A stretch of DNA of 63,787 nucleotides, filler included, from Hyphochytrium catenoides (Eukaryota; Protista; Hyphochytriomycota): assembly GCA_900088475.1 (NCBI GenBank). It is 15 parts of 15 records of this genome, joined end to end, with 100 filler letters (N's around TTAATTAATTAA, not from the genome) between each part and the next. Parts side by side here need not be neighbours in the genome. Positions count along the whole stretch, not along the records: positions 13,467 to 15,898 come from FLMG01004282.1; positions 15,999 to 17,297 come from FLMG01002980.1; positions 17,398 to 23,326 come from FLMG01002994.1; positions 23,427 to 26,859 come from FLMG01000332.1; 11 more parts are not named here. One strand, given 5' to 3'. Below the pieces are notes generated by a model. That model was not told the origin of the DNA and did not search any database. It saw nothing but the letters and a program-made list of their open reading frames with translations. This document shows, one piece after another, positions 13,467 through 26,859 of this stretch. Both the position numbers and the translations under genes were made by a program. Every line of letters begins with the position of its first letter. Position 1 is the first letter of the stretch.

Positions 13467-15781
13467 CCCCTACCATTTGGAGCGACAAACACTGAGCTTT
13501 AAAAAGCTCAGCGAACAGACAGACTCAAGGCCCTCCCGCTGGGAAGGCATCAAACCGCTTCGCTCGATTCCTCTGTTTTTGGGGCCGTTTTGTAGCTGAG
13601 ATGTAGGGGCTGTCTTTATTGGCGCATCTTTATTGGCGCACGGTCCTTCTCTTCAGCTGTGCGGCTGTTTCTCAGCAATTTCCTCTTTTCTCCAGCCGAT
13701 TTTTTCCGACTAATCTCCTTCTGTTCATCCGTTATTCGGCTATTCCTCCTCATTCAAAAATCTCCTTCGCTGGGTAGTAGCTACTTTTCGATCCATTTCT
13801 TCCTTCATTTCGTTGCTCCGAGCAGCAGCTCGGTATTTCCTCATCCGATCTGCAGCGGCAGAGGAGGAGGTGGTTTGTTTGCCCTTCCTTTTGTCCGTAG
13901 GCTCTCTTTCTTCATCTTCTGCTGCTGCTTTCTGCTGCTCTTTGTTGACCTCAAAAATCTCCTTCGCTGGGTAGTAGCTACTTTTCGATCCATTTCTTCC
14001 TTCATTTCGTTGCTCCAAGCAGCTCGGTATTTCCTCATCCGTCACAAACACACAGACAGACACACAGACAACACGAAAAAGTCCTTTTGTGCTGAAGCCC
14101 CTGTGGGTTGAAATTGAGGCTCGCCCTTCGGGCTCGCAATTATATAGTAGGAAGCTTCAGCACCCTTCTTCTTTCATCACTGCAAGCAAGCAACAAGCCG
14201 CCTTTTCATCATCAGCAGTATGTCTTCAAAGTCTGACAAGAACATTCCACAGATTGATGCATCATATGTTTCACCGTCAAAAATAGACTTGATTCCTGTT
14301 TTATTTGCTCTTGGCGGCTCCTCACGATTCTCATCCTTTCTGTGTTAGCCAACCACTCAACTGCCTTTTTCTCCTCCGATTATCTGGCTCTCAAAACCTT
14401 TTTTTGTTCAGCAGCTGCAATTCCTCCACTTTCCTTCTCTTTTTCCGTTCGACTGTTCCTCGACAGCCTCGTTTTCTCTGCAGCAGATTTGCAATCACCC
14501 TTCTTCTCATCATCATCTGTGCGCCTCTTTCTCATCAATCTCTTCTTCTCACCGGGCGGATTTGCGGTCACGCTCCTTCTCAATCATCATCTGTGCGGCG
14601 GTTTCTTAACAATCTCCTCTTTTCTGCGGCAGATTTGCGATCACGCTCCTCCTCTTCATCCGTCCGGCTATTTCTGAACAATCTCATCCTCTCCGCAGCA
14701 GATTTGCGATCACGCTCCTTCTCTTCATCCGTGTGGCTATTTCTGAATAATCTCATCCTCTCCGCCGTAGATTTGCGATCACGCTCCTTCATTTCATCCG
14801 TGCGGCTATTCCTCAGCACTTTCTTTCGCTCGGTAGCTACTCTTCGATCCAATCCTTCAATTCGTCACTCCGGGCAGCTCAGTATCTCCTCATTCGTTCT
14901 GCAGCGGCAGAAGAAGAGGAAGTAGATTGTTTGTCCTTCTTTTTATCCCTAGGTCCTCGCTCTTCTCCTTCTTCTGTTTTGTGCTGCTCTTTGTTGACAA
15001 TCTCCTCTCCGTCACCATCTTTTCCTTCTTCTATCTCTTCTTCTTCCCCTCTGTGTCCTTCTTTGTCGTTGTCACTTTCTTTTTCTTAACAGTCTGCGCT
15101 TCATTAGGCCTGGTGCCTCGTCCTCCTACGTGAGCACGTACAATAAACACACAGTTTAGAAATTGAAGAAACTCTCACACGCCTTCTTCTGTCATCCTCG
15201 ACTGCACGCAACAACAAGCAACGCACTGCAGCCCTCTACTATAAGTTCTTATTTTTGGTGCCATAGCTCCTTCGACGTTTTTCTCGCTCTTCTCCTTCTT
15301 CACTTTTGTGCTGCCCTTTGTTGCAATTCCCCTCCTCACCACCTTCGTTTGCTCCAAGCCTTTCATTTACAATTGTACAGAATAATAACGGATGTCGACT
15401 TGGGCTGAATATTCATGTATCAGGAACTGTTTTACATCCAAATCAGTATCAGTAATTCATTGCGTAGTGTATTATTATATCAAAGGTGACATAGCTCATA
15501 ATGCTATGGGATATGGTATCATGAATAACTGTTTTACTACTACCGAAGTAACAGACGCACAGTCAGTCAGACGCACAGACTGCACGTAGAACTGTTTTCC
15601 CTCCCAATCAGGAATTTATTGCAAGGTGTATTATTCTGTAGAAGGTCCTTGAGTGTACACTACCATGGCACTACGGTATCCTGAATCTTCGTTGTACTAC
15701 TATAAAGCGTAACAGTCAGACCGACAGTCAGACAAACACACACACAAAATCAATTAATCGCCATTTCGATTATAAAGGAGA
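13467..15781 (-). mobile_element. Degenerate Helitron/Helentron-like element with STPR-type repeats
   Basis: Minus strand starts A|TCTCCTTTATAAT at 15781, then TGTC/TGTG microsatellites. It carries 69-bp (23-aa) repeats RNSRTDEEKERDRKSAAERMRLF like the STPR repeats at the N-terminus of Helitron RepHel proteins, and a hairpin CTGAGCTTT-AA-AAAGCTCAG at 13492-13511. No Rep or helicase motifs were seen. Confidence 0.6.
14430..14850 (-). repeat. 69-bp coding tandem repeat (about 6 units)
   Basis: gcagatttgcgatcacgctcct variants recur at ~14629, 14698 and 14767; the outer copies are more degenerate. Confidence 0.85.
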
Positions 15782-16030
15782 TACGACAAAGATAGGTTAC
15801 CTTATAGATATTATGCCTTCTTTCGGTTTTTATGAGCGATATATATTGCCTCTAAACAACAATAATTGGCTTTGGTTTTTTATATTGAAAAGTTGTTTNN
15901 NNNNNNNNNNNNNNNNNNNNNNNNNNNNNNNNNNNNNNNNNNTTAATTAATTAANNNNNNNNNNNNNNNNNNNNNNNNNNNNNNNNNNNNNNNNNNNNAA
16001 CGGAGATTAGTCAAGAGTACGTTTGGGGTA

Positions 16031-16116
16031 TGGTGCATACTGGTTAGGATGGTGCATGCTGGTTAGGGTGTCGGCATCAAAGACAGAGGTCCTGGGTTCA
16101 AATCCCGGAGCGTGCA
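16031..16116 (+). other. tRNA-derived Pol III head (SINE-like or pseudo-tRNA)
   Basis: An A-box-like TGGTGCATRCTGGTTAGG is tandemly duplicated (16031, 16050), and there is a T-arm/B-box CTGGG-TTCAAAT-CCCGG at 16092-16108. No good acceptor or anticodon stem. Confidence 0.5.
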
Positions 16117-16418
16117 AAACTTTTCTCCGGTATATTCAGACACCCCCCAATATTAATTCAAAGTGCTCACCATCCAATGATAAAATCTAACACTCTACCT
16201 TCTTCAGAGATAAATGCTCTCTCTACTCCAAAGGAAAGGAAAGTTAGATTTGTGTGGGATGATTGGACAATGTCATTAGATGAGAGTGCTCTACTTATAA
16301 GCTCAACTGGGGTCCCATAATCTAGAGCTATTGACTATGCCAACTATTCCTAATAAACCCTAAGATATGGAGTTATAGAGATATCCCTGTCTAGAATAGT
16401 CAGTCCTGGAGGTATCCG

Positions 16419-17297
16419 ACGAAAACGAAAAAGAACCACCTCCAAAGTCACAAGCAAAAGTGGCTTTCACAGAGAGCAACACCGCAGCACGGTGGATCAT
16501 TGATAGCGGTGCCACAGATCATATCACCGGCAACCGGCAGCTTTTCCAGGACTACAAAGTCATAGATCCAATACCTCTACTCACAGCCGACAACAGGAGC
16601 GTCAAGGCCATCGGTCAAGGATCAGTCAAGCTCTCTCTCACCTCTCCAACCAACCGGACAGGCACTGTCACCCTTCAAAACGTCCTACAGGCTCTGGATT
16701 CACCAAAAAAGATCTACTCTCAATTAGCAAGGAGCTTGATAAAGGTTACCACGTACTTTTTACCCAAGATGGACAGGTTTATTATCTACCGCCTAAACCT
16801 CTATCTCAGCTGCTTTGTGTGGCACCAACCAGTACCCTTGGCGAACGCATTGGGAATCTCTTTTACGTGACGGGCTCTACCTTAACAGACTGTACTCCAG
16901 CAAGCAGTTCTCCCAGTGCCTACACCACCTTATCCGATACGGAGGCCGTAGACCCTTCTGCTTCCGCGATCAGCCCCCAATCTGTCACCATCTGGCATCG
17001 CAGATTGGGACATCTAAACATTCCAGATGTACGGAAATTGGCAACGGTTTCTTCAGGCATGAAACTCACCAACGACACAACTTCTCTCTGTTCGGATTGT
17101 GTCTTGGGAAAACTGACCCGACGTAAGTTTCCTAAACAATCACACCGTAAAACACAACGCCCCCTTCAACTCGTCCACCCCGATGTTGGCATTGTCAATA
17201 CACTTAGCCTCGGCGGTCATCGTTACTATGTCGTCGATGATTATACTCGTCAAGTTTTTCTGTATCTCATGAAGAATAAGAGTGAGGTCATCACTCA
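16419..17297 (+). mobile_element. Ty1/Copia pol fragment (protease, GAG-pre-integrase, start of integrase), frameshifted
   Basis: WIIDSGATDHIT, WHRRLGHL...CSDCVLGK, PLQLVHPDV, YYVVDDYTR...YLMKNKSEV; frameshift near 16710. Confidence 0.95.
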
Positions 17298-18140
17298 NNN
17301 NNNNNNNNNNNNNNNNNNNNNNNNNNNNNNNNNNNNNNNNNTTAATTAATTAANNNNNNNNNNNNNNNNNNNNNNNNNNNNNNNNNNNNNNNNNNNNGTT
17401 CGGCTTGGTCCTGATACAGGCAGGGCTCGTGGCCGACCGTCATTTGTGTACCTTTCTAGGGCATAATCACTTCTCAGCCATGGTTCTTCTATTTCTTGGG
17501 TGTGACATAGCCTTCCTCGGCTTCATCGCTTATGTAAAGGAAAAGATGGGGAAAGAAGCAAAGGCTAAGACGGCCTAAAGCAGTAGAAAAAGAAGTGCAT
17601 CTCTCACAGGCATTAAACGGTCACCAAGACACGCTGGTCATCAATATCCAGCATATCTGGATAACAAAGACCAAGACAGGAGGGAGCAACTCTGCAGTGT
17701 CCCATGTGGGCTGAAAGGAAAGACTACGTAGGCCACGAAATATGTGAAGAGGAACCGTGCCTGAGTGCTAGAAAATAACCTTTGTAACAAACTTGTTTGC
17801 TAGCTTTGCTCTACCATCATGAAAAACTTGACCCACAAACTGGACAGTAACAGGGGCTAACGAGAGGAAAAAAAGTGTTGCGGAGCGAACGGTAGCTGTT
17901 CTTTGAGAAACTTCTTAGCTCTAGAGGTAAGAGGAGAGAGCAGATCAGGAGGATGAGTGCGCAGAAGACCAATCGCTACGGTTGTCTGCACAGAGGTCGG
18001 CAAGGACCAGCATAAATAGTGAGAAACGTCTGCCTAATGCAGAAAGAGGCTAGAACTCTTGGCGCAAAGGTCTCGCCATGTATGCCAAGCTGTCCAAAGT
18101 GTCGCTCAAGGTAGAGAGGCAATCCTTGACAAGAGCCTTC

Positions 18141-21100
18141 CTATAGCTTTTGCAGCAGCACATCTAGGTCTTCTAGCACACGGCCAAGGCTAGGCCTCTT
18201 CTCTGGCTGGTGCTGCAGGCATGCAGCTAGAATACGCTCATGCTCGGGCTGGAGCTGTGGCAAGGACGCAGAGGGGAGTCTGATTTCCGCTCCTTCAAGC
18301 TTCATCCGCACGGCTTCCTCAGCCGGGATACCTTGAAGAAAATGCAATAATGAGCATGAAGGAGATTGTCACTCTTTCCTTTCTCTTCCTTTTCTCCTTC
18401 CTTTCTTGGGAAGCTTCTCGTTTTGGCGTTAGAGGGCAGTCTAAGACGCCTTACCTGGGTACGGCTCGACCCCAGCTAGGACTTCCCAACACAGAAGGCC
18501 AAACATGTAGGCGTCAGATGCTTGTGAGAAGAGATGAGGTGGTCGGATAGACTCCGGAGCCATCCACTTCAGGGGACCAAATCCACGCCCACGGAGTACT
18601 CTCTACAGATAAGGGCAAGGAAAATTACTCGTTACCATCAACGGTCATTTCCGGAAGTAGGATACCGCCTTCAAAACCTCGAAGGACGCGAGAAATGAAC
18701 GATTTCCCAACCCTACGCAATTTCACTGAAGACTTCTTGTGCCAGACTGTCCTCTGGAGGAGAGACCTCACAAGCAACCCTCGCTCTTCGCTACTGACCT
18801 CAGACCCTTGACTCCGACTCAGCCCGAAGTCGCAAATCTTTGTTCTCATTTCGCTGGTAAGGAGACAGTTCCTACATGGAAAGATAGCCAGACGCCAAGC
18901 AGTCGGTAAGGAAAGCGGTGAGAGCGACTGTGGCAGGGTCTGCAGAGATCCGCCATCCTCACCTTGCGGCAATATCTCTATGTAGGACATTTCCCTCATG
19001 CACGTTGACAATCCCGCAGGCAGCGTCTCTCAGTATTTTGGTTCGTAGTTTCATTGTCAATCCTCCTTTATCTTCATGTTCACTCCCTCTCGCACGATGT
19101 TTGCTTAGGTATACTCTGTCTTCGACGCTCCCTCCCTCCACATACTCTGTGACCTAGGATAAAAGAAGACCGAGAAAATATCAGCTCACCGGGAAGATCA
19201 CTGAGCCAAGAGGACAAGTACTCTGGAAGTAAGAGACCTCGCCAGGCAGTTAAATGGAACAGCAGGTCAACTCAAAATCGGTAGGGACATTTAAAATTCG
19301 AGCGAGTTGTGCACTGGCGCGAAATCAAGTCACAAGTCAAACTATGAAGTGAACTCGAAGTCCTGGCAGTCGAGGAATGGTTGAACAAGTGGTGGAAGCT
19401 GATGAGCTCTCTAGAGACAGTGCGGGTTGATTAGTCAGATTGGGTCTCCTACCACGCAGAGAGGACTCCCTGGTTCTGTGCAAGCTCCAACAAAGGATAC
19501 AATGTTGGGATGATGTCCGAAATGGTTGAGGAGCGCAGCTTCATGCTTGAGAGCTGCCAGCTGATCGTCAGAGGGAACGGATAAAAGTTTCTTCACAACG
19601 ACCTGACGAGAAGAGAAGAGGAGCGAGTCAGATGCTATCTTACAGCGGAGAAGTATCAAAAACAGACAGCAGTAGGAGGTGGTCACAGCCCAGGAGAGCA
19701 AGCCATAAGAAGAACAAAGGGAGTGTGAGAGGTTCAAGAAGCAAGGTCACATAAAGCGAAAGAGGGGAGAGATAAGCGAGAGATGAAGCATAGCTTTTGA
19801 ATGACCTTTTGTCCCTTATATTCTCCAAGATATGCCTCGCCAAAGTTGCCCTTTGCGAGATAATCTCTTAACTCTATCTCTCTGTAGTCCAGCTCCGAGA
19901 ACGAGAGAGGAGGTACTTCAAGTCTGCTGTCCAAGAGGGAAGGTGTTGAAATCTGGTCTCCAATGATGATGGAGAACTGAAGAACAGCGACCGAATGGCC
20001 CACTATAATCTTGGCCACACAGAGTACCTAAAACGGAGTTAGCGGGGGATATAGAGCGAATGGGGAAACGAAAGAAGAGGCCTAGAATGGCACACAGGAG
20101 CCCATAACGAGCACTTCACGGGCCAATCAAATCCCAAAGGCCACGCAGCGCATGTGACGAAGGAGCATGAAGTTGGAGAAGCAAGTACTTCGGCATGCGA
20201 ACTAATATTTTCTCTTTTTTGATACGTGACCCACCTGTGTGAGTCCACCCCGGGGTCCCTTACATCGGACATTGAAGGGAACTTTGGTCACTTCTCCTGT
20301 CCAGGTAAACCACTTGCTATTGCCTCCGTCTTCATCTATTGTAAAGTGCTCGAATGGGAGGGTGAGGGCGATTGTCACCAGAGCGCCTCTTCTAATTGAC
20401 AAAGATGTAAGGGGCGATCTCTCGCTTCCCCCGCTCTCAAATGCCCTAAGCAACATTTCCTCTCTCTGCCTTGGAAGGAAAGCCCAAATGTCAAGAGAAA
20501 ATGTGCTCTCTGGTTGAACAATCGGTGGAGCAAAGGCAGAGAATTTGACAGCGTCCACGGAAGAGGCCTCTGGGTATACTGACGATCCTGAAGCCTTTCT
20601 TTCTGTGTAGCTGAAGAAGGCGGAGGGAGAGGAGGGAGAGACGGTAGATGAAGAGAGCCAGGAAGACTCCACCGGTGGCTGGGTGCTGGCACTCCGTACG
20701 ATTGACCGAGAGGCATCAACCATGCTCTGCGATATTCCCGAATCCTAAGGGCAAAGACAGTTATTATGGGGCACTGTGAGAAAATTGTCTCAAGGACAAG
20801 GAAGCCATCACAGACGAGGAAGAACGGATGTTTGACCATGCTATGCCCGACAAGACGAGACGGTTTTCCTATCCCTTCTCCTCTTCGCCTTCCAATTCTC
20901 TCCATGCGATTGTATCTAGTGCTTACCTGCAGAGGGTCGACATGGAATGCGTCATACTGCACTTGCGGGACAGCGCTAATTATCCCACCAGAAAAGTCAT
21001 CGTAAAGTGGCGGCGAAGTCAGGAGAGAGACGGAGTTCAGGCGCAGTAGTTCCGGATCCTCGTAGACTGGAGGAATGCCACCTGTTGTCAGGGGAGGAGA

Positions 21101-23326
21101 CTCCAGCTCTCTTTCCTCCTCTGACCTCCTCGAGGTTGCTGTCAGAATCCTCTCTACTTTCCTATTGGACCTATCAGACTGCATCATGCCTAATGCTGTC
21201 TCAGTCACTTTTGACAGAGCCTAAGTTAGGAATCGTCAGTTCTAGGTTCTGCCGGAGCTTATTTGCCTAACCCCATCCACATTAAGCAGGTGCTACAATC
21301 GTGTCTACGAGGTCATCTTATCTCTAGCCTCTGTCTGCCCCAGGCCACAATGTTCTCTTCTTTCTCAATTTGTTACTACCTTTCACACCTTACTTCCGAT
21401 GTTATAAAAAGCTTAAAGCTTCTTACCTTCAGGGCTGCTCGTCTTTCAGGCCTTTCTTTGGTGCTTGGAAGAAGCTCATCCAGTTCATGAAGCGAGAGGG
21501 AAGTGAGAAGAGGGCCGTGGACGCCTTTATCCACGAATTGTTCAATGACGGGGTTTGTCACGTTGGCTTCAGAAAGGTACGACGAGACTTGGTCTACACT
21601 CCAGAACTTTTCATCTCCTGGCCTAAAAACCACCACAGACCTCTCTCTCTCCTTATCTCCTTCTTGCTTTCTTTCTATTCGGAGAGTGCGGATCGGCCAT
21701 CTCTCACACTCCAGCGCTATCTTCAAAGCTGTCAGTGCCCCCTTCCGAGCAAAGTCGTCTACCGTAGCTATGAGACCAGGCGTGAGGGTAGAGTCATGGT
21801 AAGGTAAAAGCATAAGCCCCTATCTACAAGAATAGTCTTCCCTCTCTCCCAATGCGACAGCGCTGGGTTTGCATCCAAAGACAAGGACGGAAGAGGATAA
21901 GCGGCACTCACATAGAAGATAGATTAGAGACTGAGAGTTAGGCAAAGGCGCTCACCAAACTCGCTCTTGTTTGTTAATAAATCGATAAGTCCAGGGAGGG
22001 ACTGTCCCGTAGGTTTCTGTCCACAAAGCTTTCTGACGATTTCACTTGGAATTCCGAGCCAGACCATCCACTGCAGACCAGAAAAGCAATGAGAGTGTTA
22101 AAAAGGGCGACACTACCTATCGGGACGACCTGCACAAGTAAAGATAGTGCAGAATCTGGAAGTAAATGGTGAGTGGGGATACGTAGACGGCGGCGATGAG
22201 ATTAGCATATTAGAGTGAAGGCTTGGCAAGTTTTTTTGGCGTTTGTTGGCGACAGATATCAGATCCAAGGCAGGCAGAACTAAAAGCTGACCGAAAGAAC
22301 GTCAAAGCGGGTCCATTCAGCAATTTTCCTCTCACTCCAATGAATGGACCTAGCTTGTTGCTTCTCTGTCATGTCCTCTTCCAACGATATCACTGCAAGA
22401 CGAAGGTCGATCAACACATACCGACGTGTCATAATTACCGTGTTGAGGCATAGAGAGAACGATAACGAGGTATAAAACGAAGGTCGTCCCGCAGGTACTC
22501 AAACCGGACACAGCTAGTAGCTAAATAGATATGTTCGGAAAGCGAGGTAGGAGCCTTAGAATGAGCACAATCATACGCGACATCATACCTTCTGAAGGGG
22601 AAGGAGCGGCAATGGGAGGTCTTAGCGAGATGGACCGCTGAACGGACCCGTCTCCGGTTGAGGACATTGAGGACGAGCTAAATGCGGGGGAAGAAACAGG
22701 AAGCGAGCTATCCAGCTCTCTTTTAGAGCTTTGGGTGCCACCTGACTGAGATTTCCCGCTTTCCATGTCCCTCTGGGCTCTTCTAGACTCTACGTTAGGA
22801 GTCAGTAAGCGAAAGAGTGGACCAGACAGGTTGCTGATACCCTCCAGTTTACTAGTGCACAGCGCACCTTTGGTCTAAACACCCTCCATTAACATTGAAC
22901 CGACTTTCAAGGAATATCTGCCCGGATACCTTGCTCCCCCGCTCTATAGTGCCAAAGGCATCTCTCCTCTTCAATCTTCCCTAAGTCTCACCACCGATTC
23001 TCGGGTGATGATCCATCTCTCCTTCCCATGCTTCTCTAGAACCCGCCACCGGCATTACTTATTACCTGTGAGACCTCGGTTAACCTGCGTTGCCCACTTA
23101 ATGTGTTCCATGATGGTCGGGTTCTCTACTGGATTACCCGCTAAAGAAAGTACTAAAATCACTCTGTTTGTTACGACGGCCGATAGCAGAGCCGACGCTC
23201 CTCTCTGCCCGATCCTATTGTTGCCCAAGTCCAAATCATGGCAATGCCGCGTCTCCTTAAAGAAAAGACTAAGTGAATGGGCTCCTTCATCTCCTATGCA
23301 GTTGTCAGGTAGTGCCAAATTCTCGA
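18141..23326 (-). CDS. LRR + two SAM + beta-rich domain + tyrosine-kinase-like protein kinase (multi-exon, 5' truncated)
   Basis: RI-type LRRs (LPDNCIGDEGA, LDLGNNRIGQRGA). SAM-like segments IAEWTRFDVLS/WMVWLGIP and FWSVDQVSSYL...VHGPLL. Kinase motifs LAKGNFGEAY, VVVK, HHPNIVSFVG, HRDIAAR/NCLL, DFGLSR, GPLKWMAPES, SDAYMFG, PEKRPS. Kinase and SAM exons join in frame at GT-AG sites. Confidence 0.9.
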
Positions 23327-23426
23327 NNNNNNNNNNNNNNNNNNNNNNNNNNNNNNNNNNNNNNNNNNNNTTAATTAATTAANNNNNNNNNNNNNNNNNN
23401 NNNNNNNNNNNNNNNNNNNNNNNNNN

Positions 23427-24099
23427 TTGAAGATAAAAAAGATCAAGAATTAACGGCTAATTAGCATTAAAAGAGAGAGACAGTGAAAATGAAGAGTTGG
23501 GAGGGAATAGCGAAGAGAGAGAGAGAGAGAAAGAGAAAAAGAGAGAAAGAGAGAGAGAGAGTATGAGAGAAGATCAACAGGAACAAAGAGATATAGAGAA
23601 AGAGAGAGTATGAGAGAAGATCAACAGGAACAAAGAGATATAGAGAAAGAACAACAAGAGAGAGAAGAAAGAGAGGAAGAACGAGAATCAGCATCAACAA
23701 TTAGAGAGAGAGAGAAAATAAGAGACGGAAAAGTAGAAGAAGAGATGATGGGTAGGAGAGAGCAAGAAGGACAGAAACGTAAGAGGGAGGAGAAGAAGAG
23801 AAGCAGACGAGAGAGAGTTTCTGTGAGAGGGAGAGACGTGATGGCGAAGAAAGAACGGACGCATAAAGTAAAGAGAGAAAGAGAGAGAAGAGAGATAGTG
23901 GAGTGAGGATCCCAGTAGGAAGATACTGCGAGAGACAGATCGGAGAGAGAACAAAACTGGGTAGAGTGACGACCTGTATGAGAAGCATAAGTGTCTCTCA
24001 CACGTCATCAGCTGCTCAATCAGTGTACAAAGAAACCAACTCTTGTGGGAAAAGGTAGGAATTTGAAGAAAGAGGTATATGTTTTCCCCGTTCCCTCCT

Positions 24100-24132
<33 letters not shown>

Positions 24133-26084
24133 TTCTTCTCTCATGGTGCAGTCCCAGCTCGTCGTTTTCAGCTCTCTAGCCCCTCAAAAACTTCCTCTGA
24201 AGGCTTATTTTATAATATACATTAAAGGATGATGCACGCTGGTGACAATCGTCCTCTTTCCTCCATTTTGGCTATGTGCAACCGCAGCACGTGGCCGTCA
24301 TAGAGAGCCCGCTCCTTGTTTCTTCTCTCTCTCAGTGGCTGCACATCGTTCTCTCTCTTCCCATCTTGATCCAGGAACTTCTCTCTCTCTCTCTCTCTGC
24401 CTCTTATTTGCCAACCGGCTCCTTCCGCTGTCGTCCCTCCTGACCCTTCCGCGTCCTGCAAGCGTAAAGCACTCTTGAGTCTTTTGTACATCAAGGAGTG
24501 CAACACAGTTCAGATGCCTCTCTGGGCTCCATTTTCCTTCCACCGACTTCTTTCTCTTTCTCTCTTTCTCTCCCTCTCTCGTTTTCTTTCTCCTTATGTC
24601 TCAATCCTCCGGCAGGATCTCCGTTTCCCTCTTTGTTCATGGGTTCTTTGTACCAGGCGTGAGAGCCACCATCGCTCTCCAGGATTTGTCTTCTTTCTTT
24701 AGCTCTCTCTGTCTCTTTCTCTCTCTCTCTTTCTCTCTCTCTCTCTCATTCTCTCTCTCTCTCTCTCTCTCGTCATTGCACCTACATAAAGCAGTTCCAG
24801 TGCTGCACCCCCATAGACCCAACTTTGGATCCTGCCATTTTCCATTTCCCATAGATTAACCTCCTAAGAACATATCTTAAACTCTATAACAGGATTCTTC
24901 CTTGATATACCTCTTAAATTAACCGCCCCAGGCAGAGAGGATGGTGATGTAGTGGAGGGAGAGAGCCAAAGCAGAGAGAGAATACTGACAGCGGAAGAGT
25001 AACCGAGAGATAGCCACCCATCGGGAAAACACGTGAAGATTCCGTAGGGATTCAAGACAGAGTCTGACGACATAGGGCATGGTTAGACAGAGTGGCAAGG
25101 GTAGGAGAGAGAAAAAGCCTTTCATTCAACTTTTTTTCCACCTTCTGTGGCTTGTCGCGTACTTCAACTCCATTCATAGCTCGCTGGATTCTCTCTTTTT
25201 CCTCGAAGAGGAATAAAGGAAAGAGGGAGAGAAACAATGAGCCAGAATGGCCAAAAGAGGAAGGGGTAAGAGAAAGAAACGAGAGGTCAGGTGTGGCAGA
25301 TAATAATTTAGATAAGAGAAAGAGGGAGAGGGAGAGCGAGAGCGGGAGAGAGGGCGACAGAGAGAGCGAGAGAGAGAGAAAGAGAAAGAGAAGAAGAGAG
25401 AGAGAGAGAGAGAAAGAAAGAGGGAAACTAAGAGAAACAGATAGGTCGCAACGGAAACTGCTTAAAAAAAGGGGCAAGGCGGCTAATGTTAGGGTCAAAA
25501 GCTTGACGAAAGATATAAAATGAAGCTTATCATTTTGAAGTATTCAAAAGCTAACACTTACTGTAACGGGTTAAGGTATTTGTTTCATTTCAACTCTTCA
25601 GGGTTTCTGGAATCTATGTTGCCTCAAGTACTTACCGGCGAAGGGTTCAGATTGTTTCTGATCTTTCAGTTTTCAATAGATGTGAAACGGTACTCCTCAC
25701 AACTATACTAATTATGGATATGAAAGATTTATTACATAATATTAGCAGGCTTTCCTTCATTATTCTCGATCTATGGCGTAAGCAGTGTGGCTGGGGTGGC
25801 GTTATTTATGGCTGAGACGGGCCAGATGCGAAAGTTCTATGGCCAAGACCTAAGAATTGGGGCGACAGAGAGAGAGACAAGACAGAGGATGGAGAGAAAA
25901 CAGAGAGAAAGATAGGAAGAAGGAGAGAGCGCAAAAGAGAGAGAAGAGAGAAAAGAGGAAGAGAGAGAAAAAGGAGAGAGAGATAAAGAGAAGAGAGAGA
26001 GATAAAGAGAGAGAGAGATAAAGAGAGAGACTGAGATAAAAAGAGAGAGATAAAGAGGAAGAAAGATAAAGAGAGAGAGAGAGA

Positions 26085-26117
<33 letters not shown>

Positions 26118-26859
26118 TTATGTCTTTCTAGCTGGAAGTGCTAATGAGCTAATGAGGCAGATAAAAACAAGAAACTAACCGCTTTTGGGGCTGTCGCATT
26201 CTTCCAACTCAAACAGTCACAGTCCTATCGTCCACCTCGCCTCTCATCTCTCTTCTCACTCTGTCTCACATCCAGCGCTGTAGCCATGATTATAGATAGG
26301 CATGGACGGGAGGAAGTAAACCTAGCGTACCTCTGTCTTCTTGCTTCACCGTGAGCCCTCAGTTCTTTCTCTCCCTCTCTCTCTCTCGCTTGCACCACTC
26401 TCTCTCTCCTATCATCTTCAAGCGTCAACATGCATCAGTCAGTGGACGCGCTTAGTGATGAGGGGAGACAGGACAAGAGAAGAGAGAGAGAGTGAGAAGA
26501 AAGAGAGAGAGGAAAGAGTACTGTGTGAAGAACGACTCTTTCTTCCGGAGTCAGTCCGCAGTCTCTCTCACTCCCGGCCCTTCTCCTCTTGTCTCTCTTT
26601 CTCTCTCTCTCATCTCTCGTGTCCTGCTCGCTGTCCGTCCCTTCTCTTGTGGTCTCATACCTTTTACGGCCAGCGTGCAGCAGCCAAAGAGGGAGAGAGA
26701 GAAAGAAGATGGTCGCGGACATGACTTGTTAACTGATAAGCAAAGGACCCCTCTCTCTCTCTCTCTCTTCTCTGTCTTGTTCCCCAGAACGTTTGTGCTC
26801 TCTCCTCTCTCAGCTCCGCTAACTCTTCTGTCTCTCTCCCGTTCCCGCAAACCAACCGC
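23427..26859. repeat. (GA)n/(CT)n-dominated low-complexity contig
   Basis: Long purine/pyrimidine tracts in both orientations, with a few possible small exons and no recognisable product. Confidence 0.75.

Noticed and set aside
16031-16116. Functional tRNA gene
   Set aside because: Acceptor and anticodon stems do not form; only the promoter boxes and T-arm remain.
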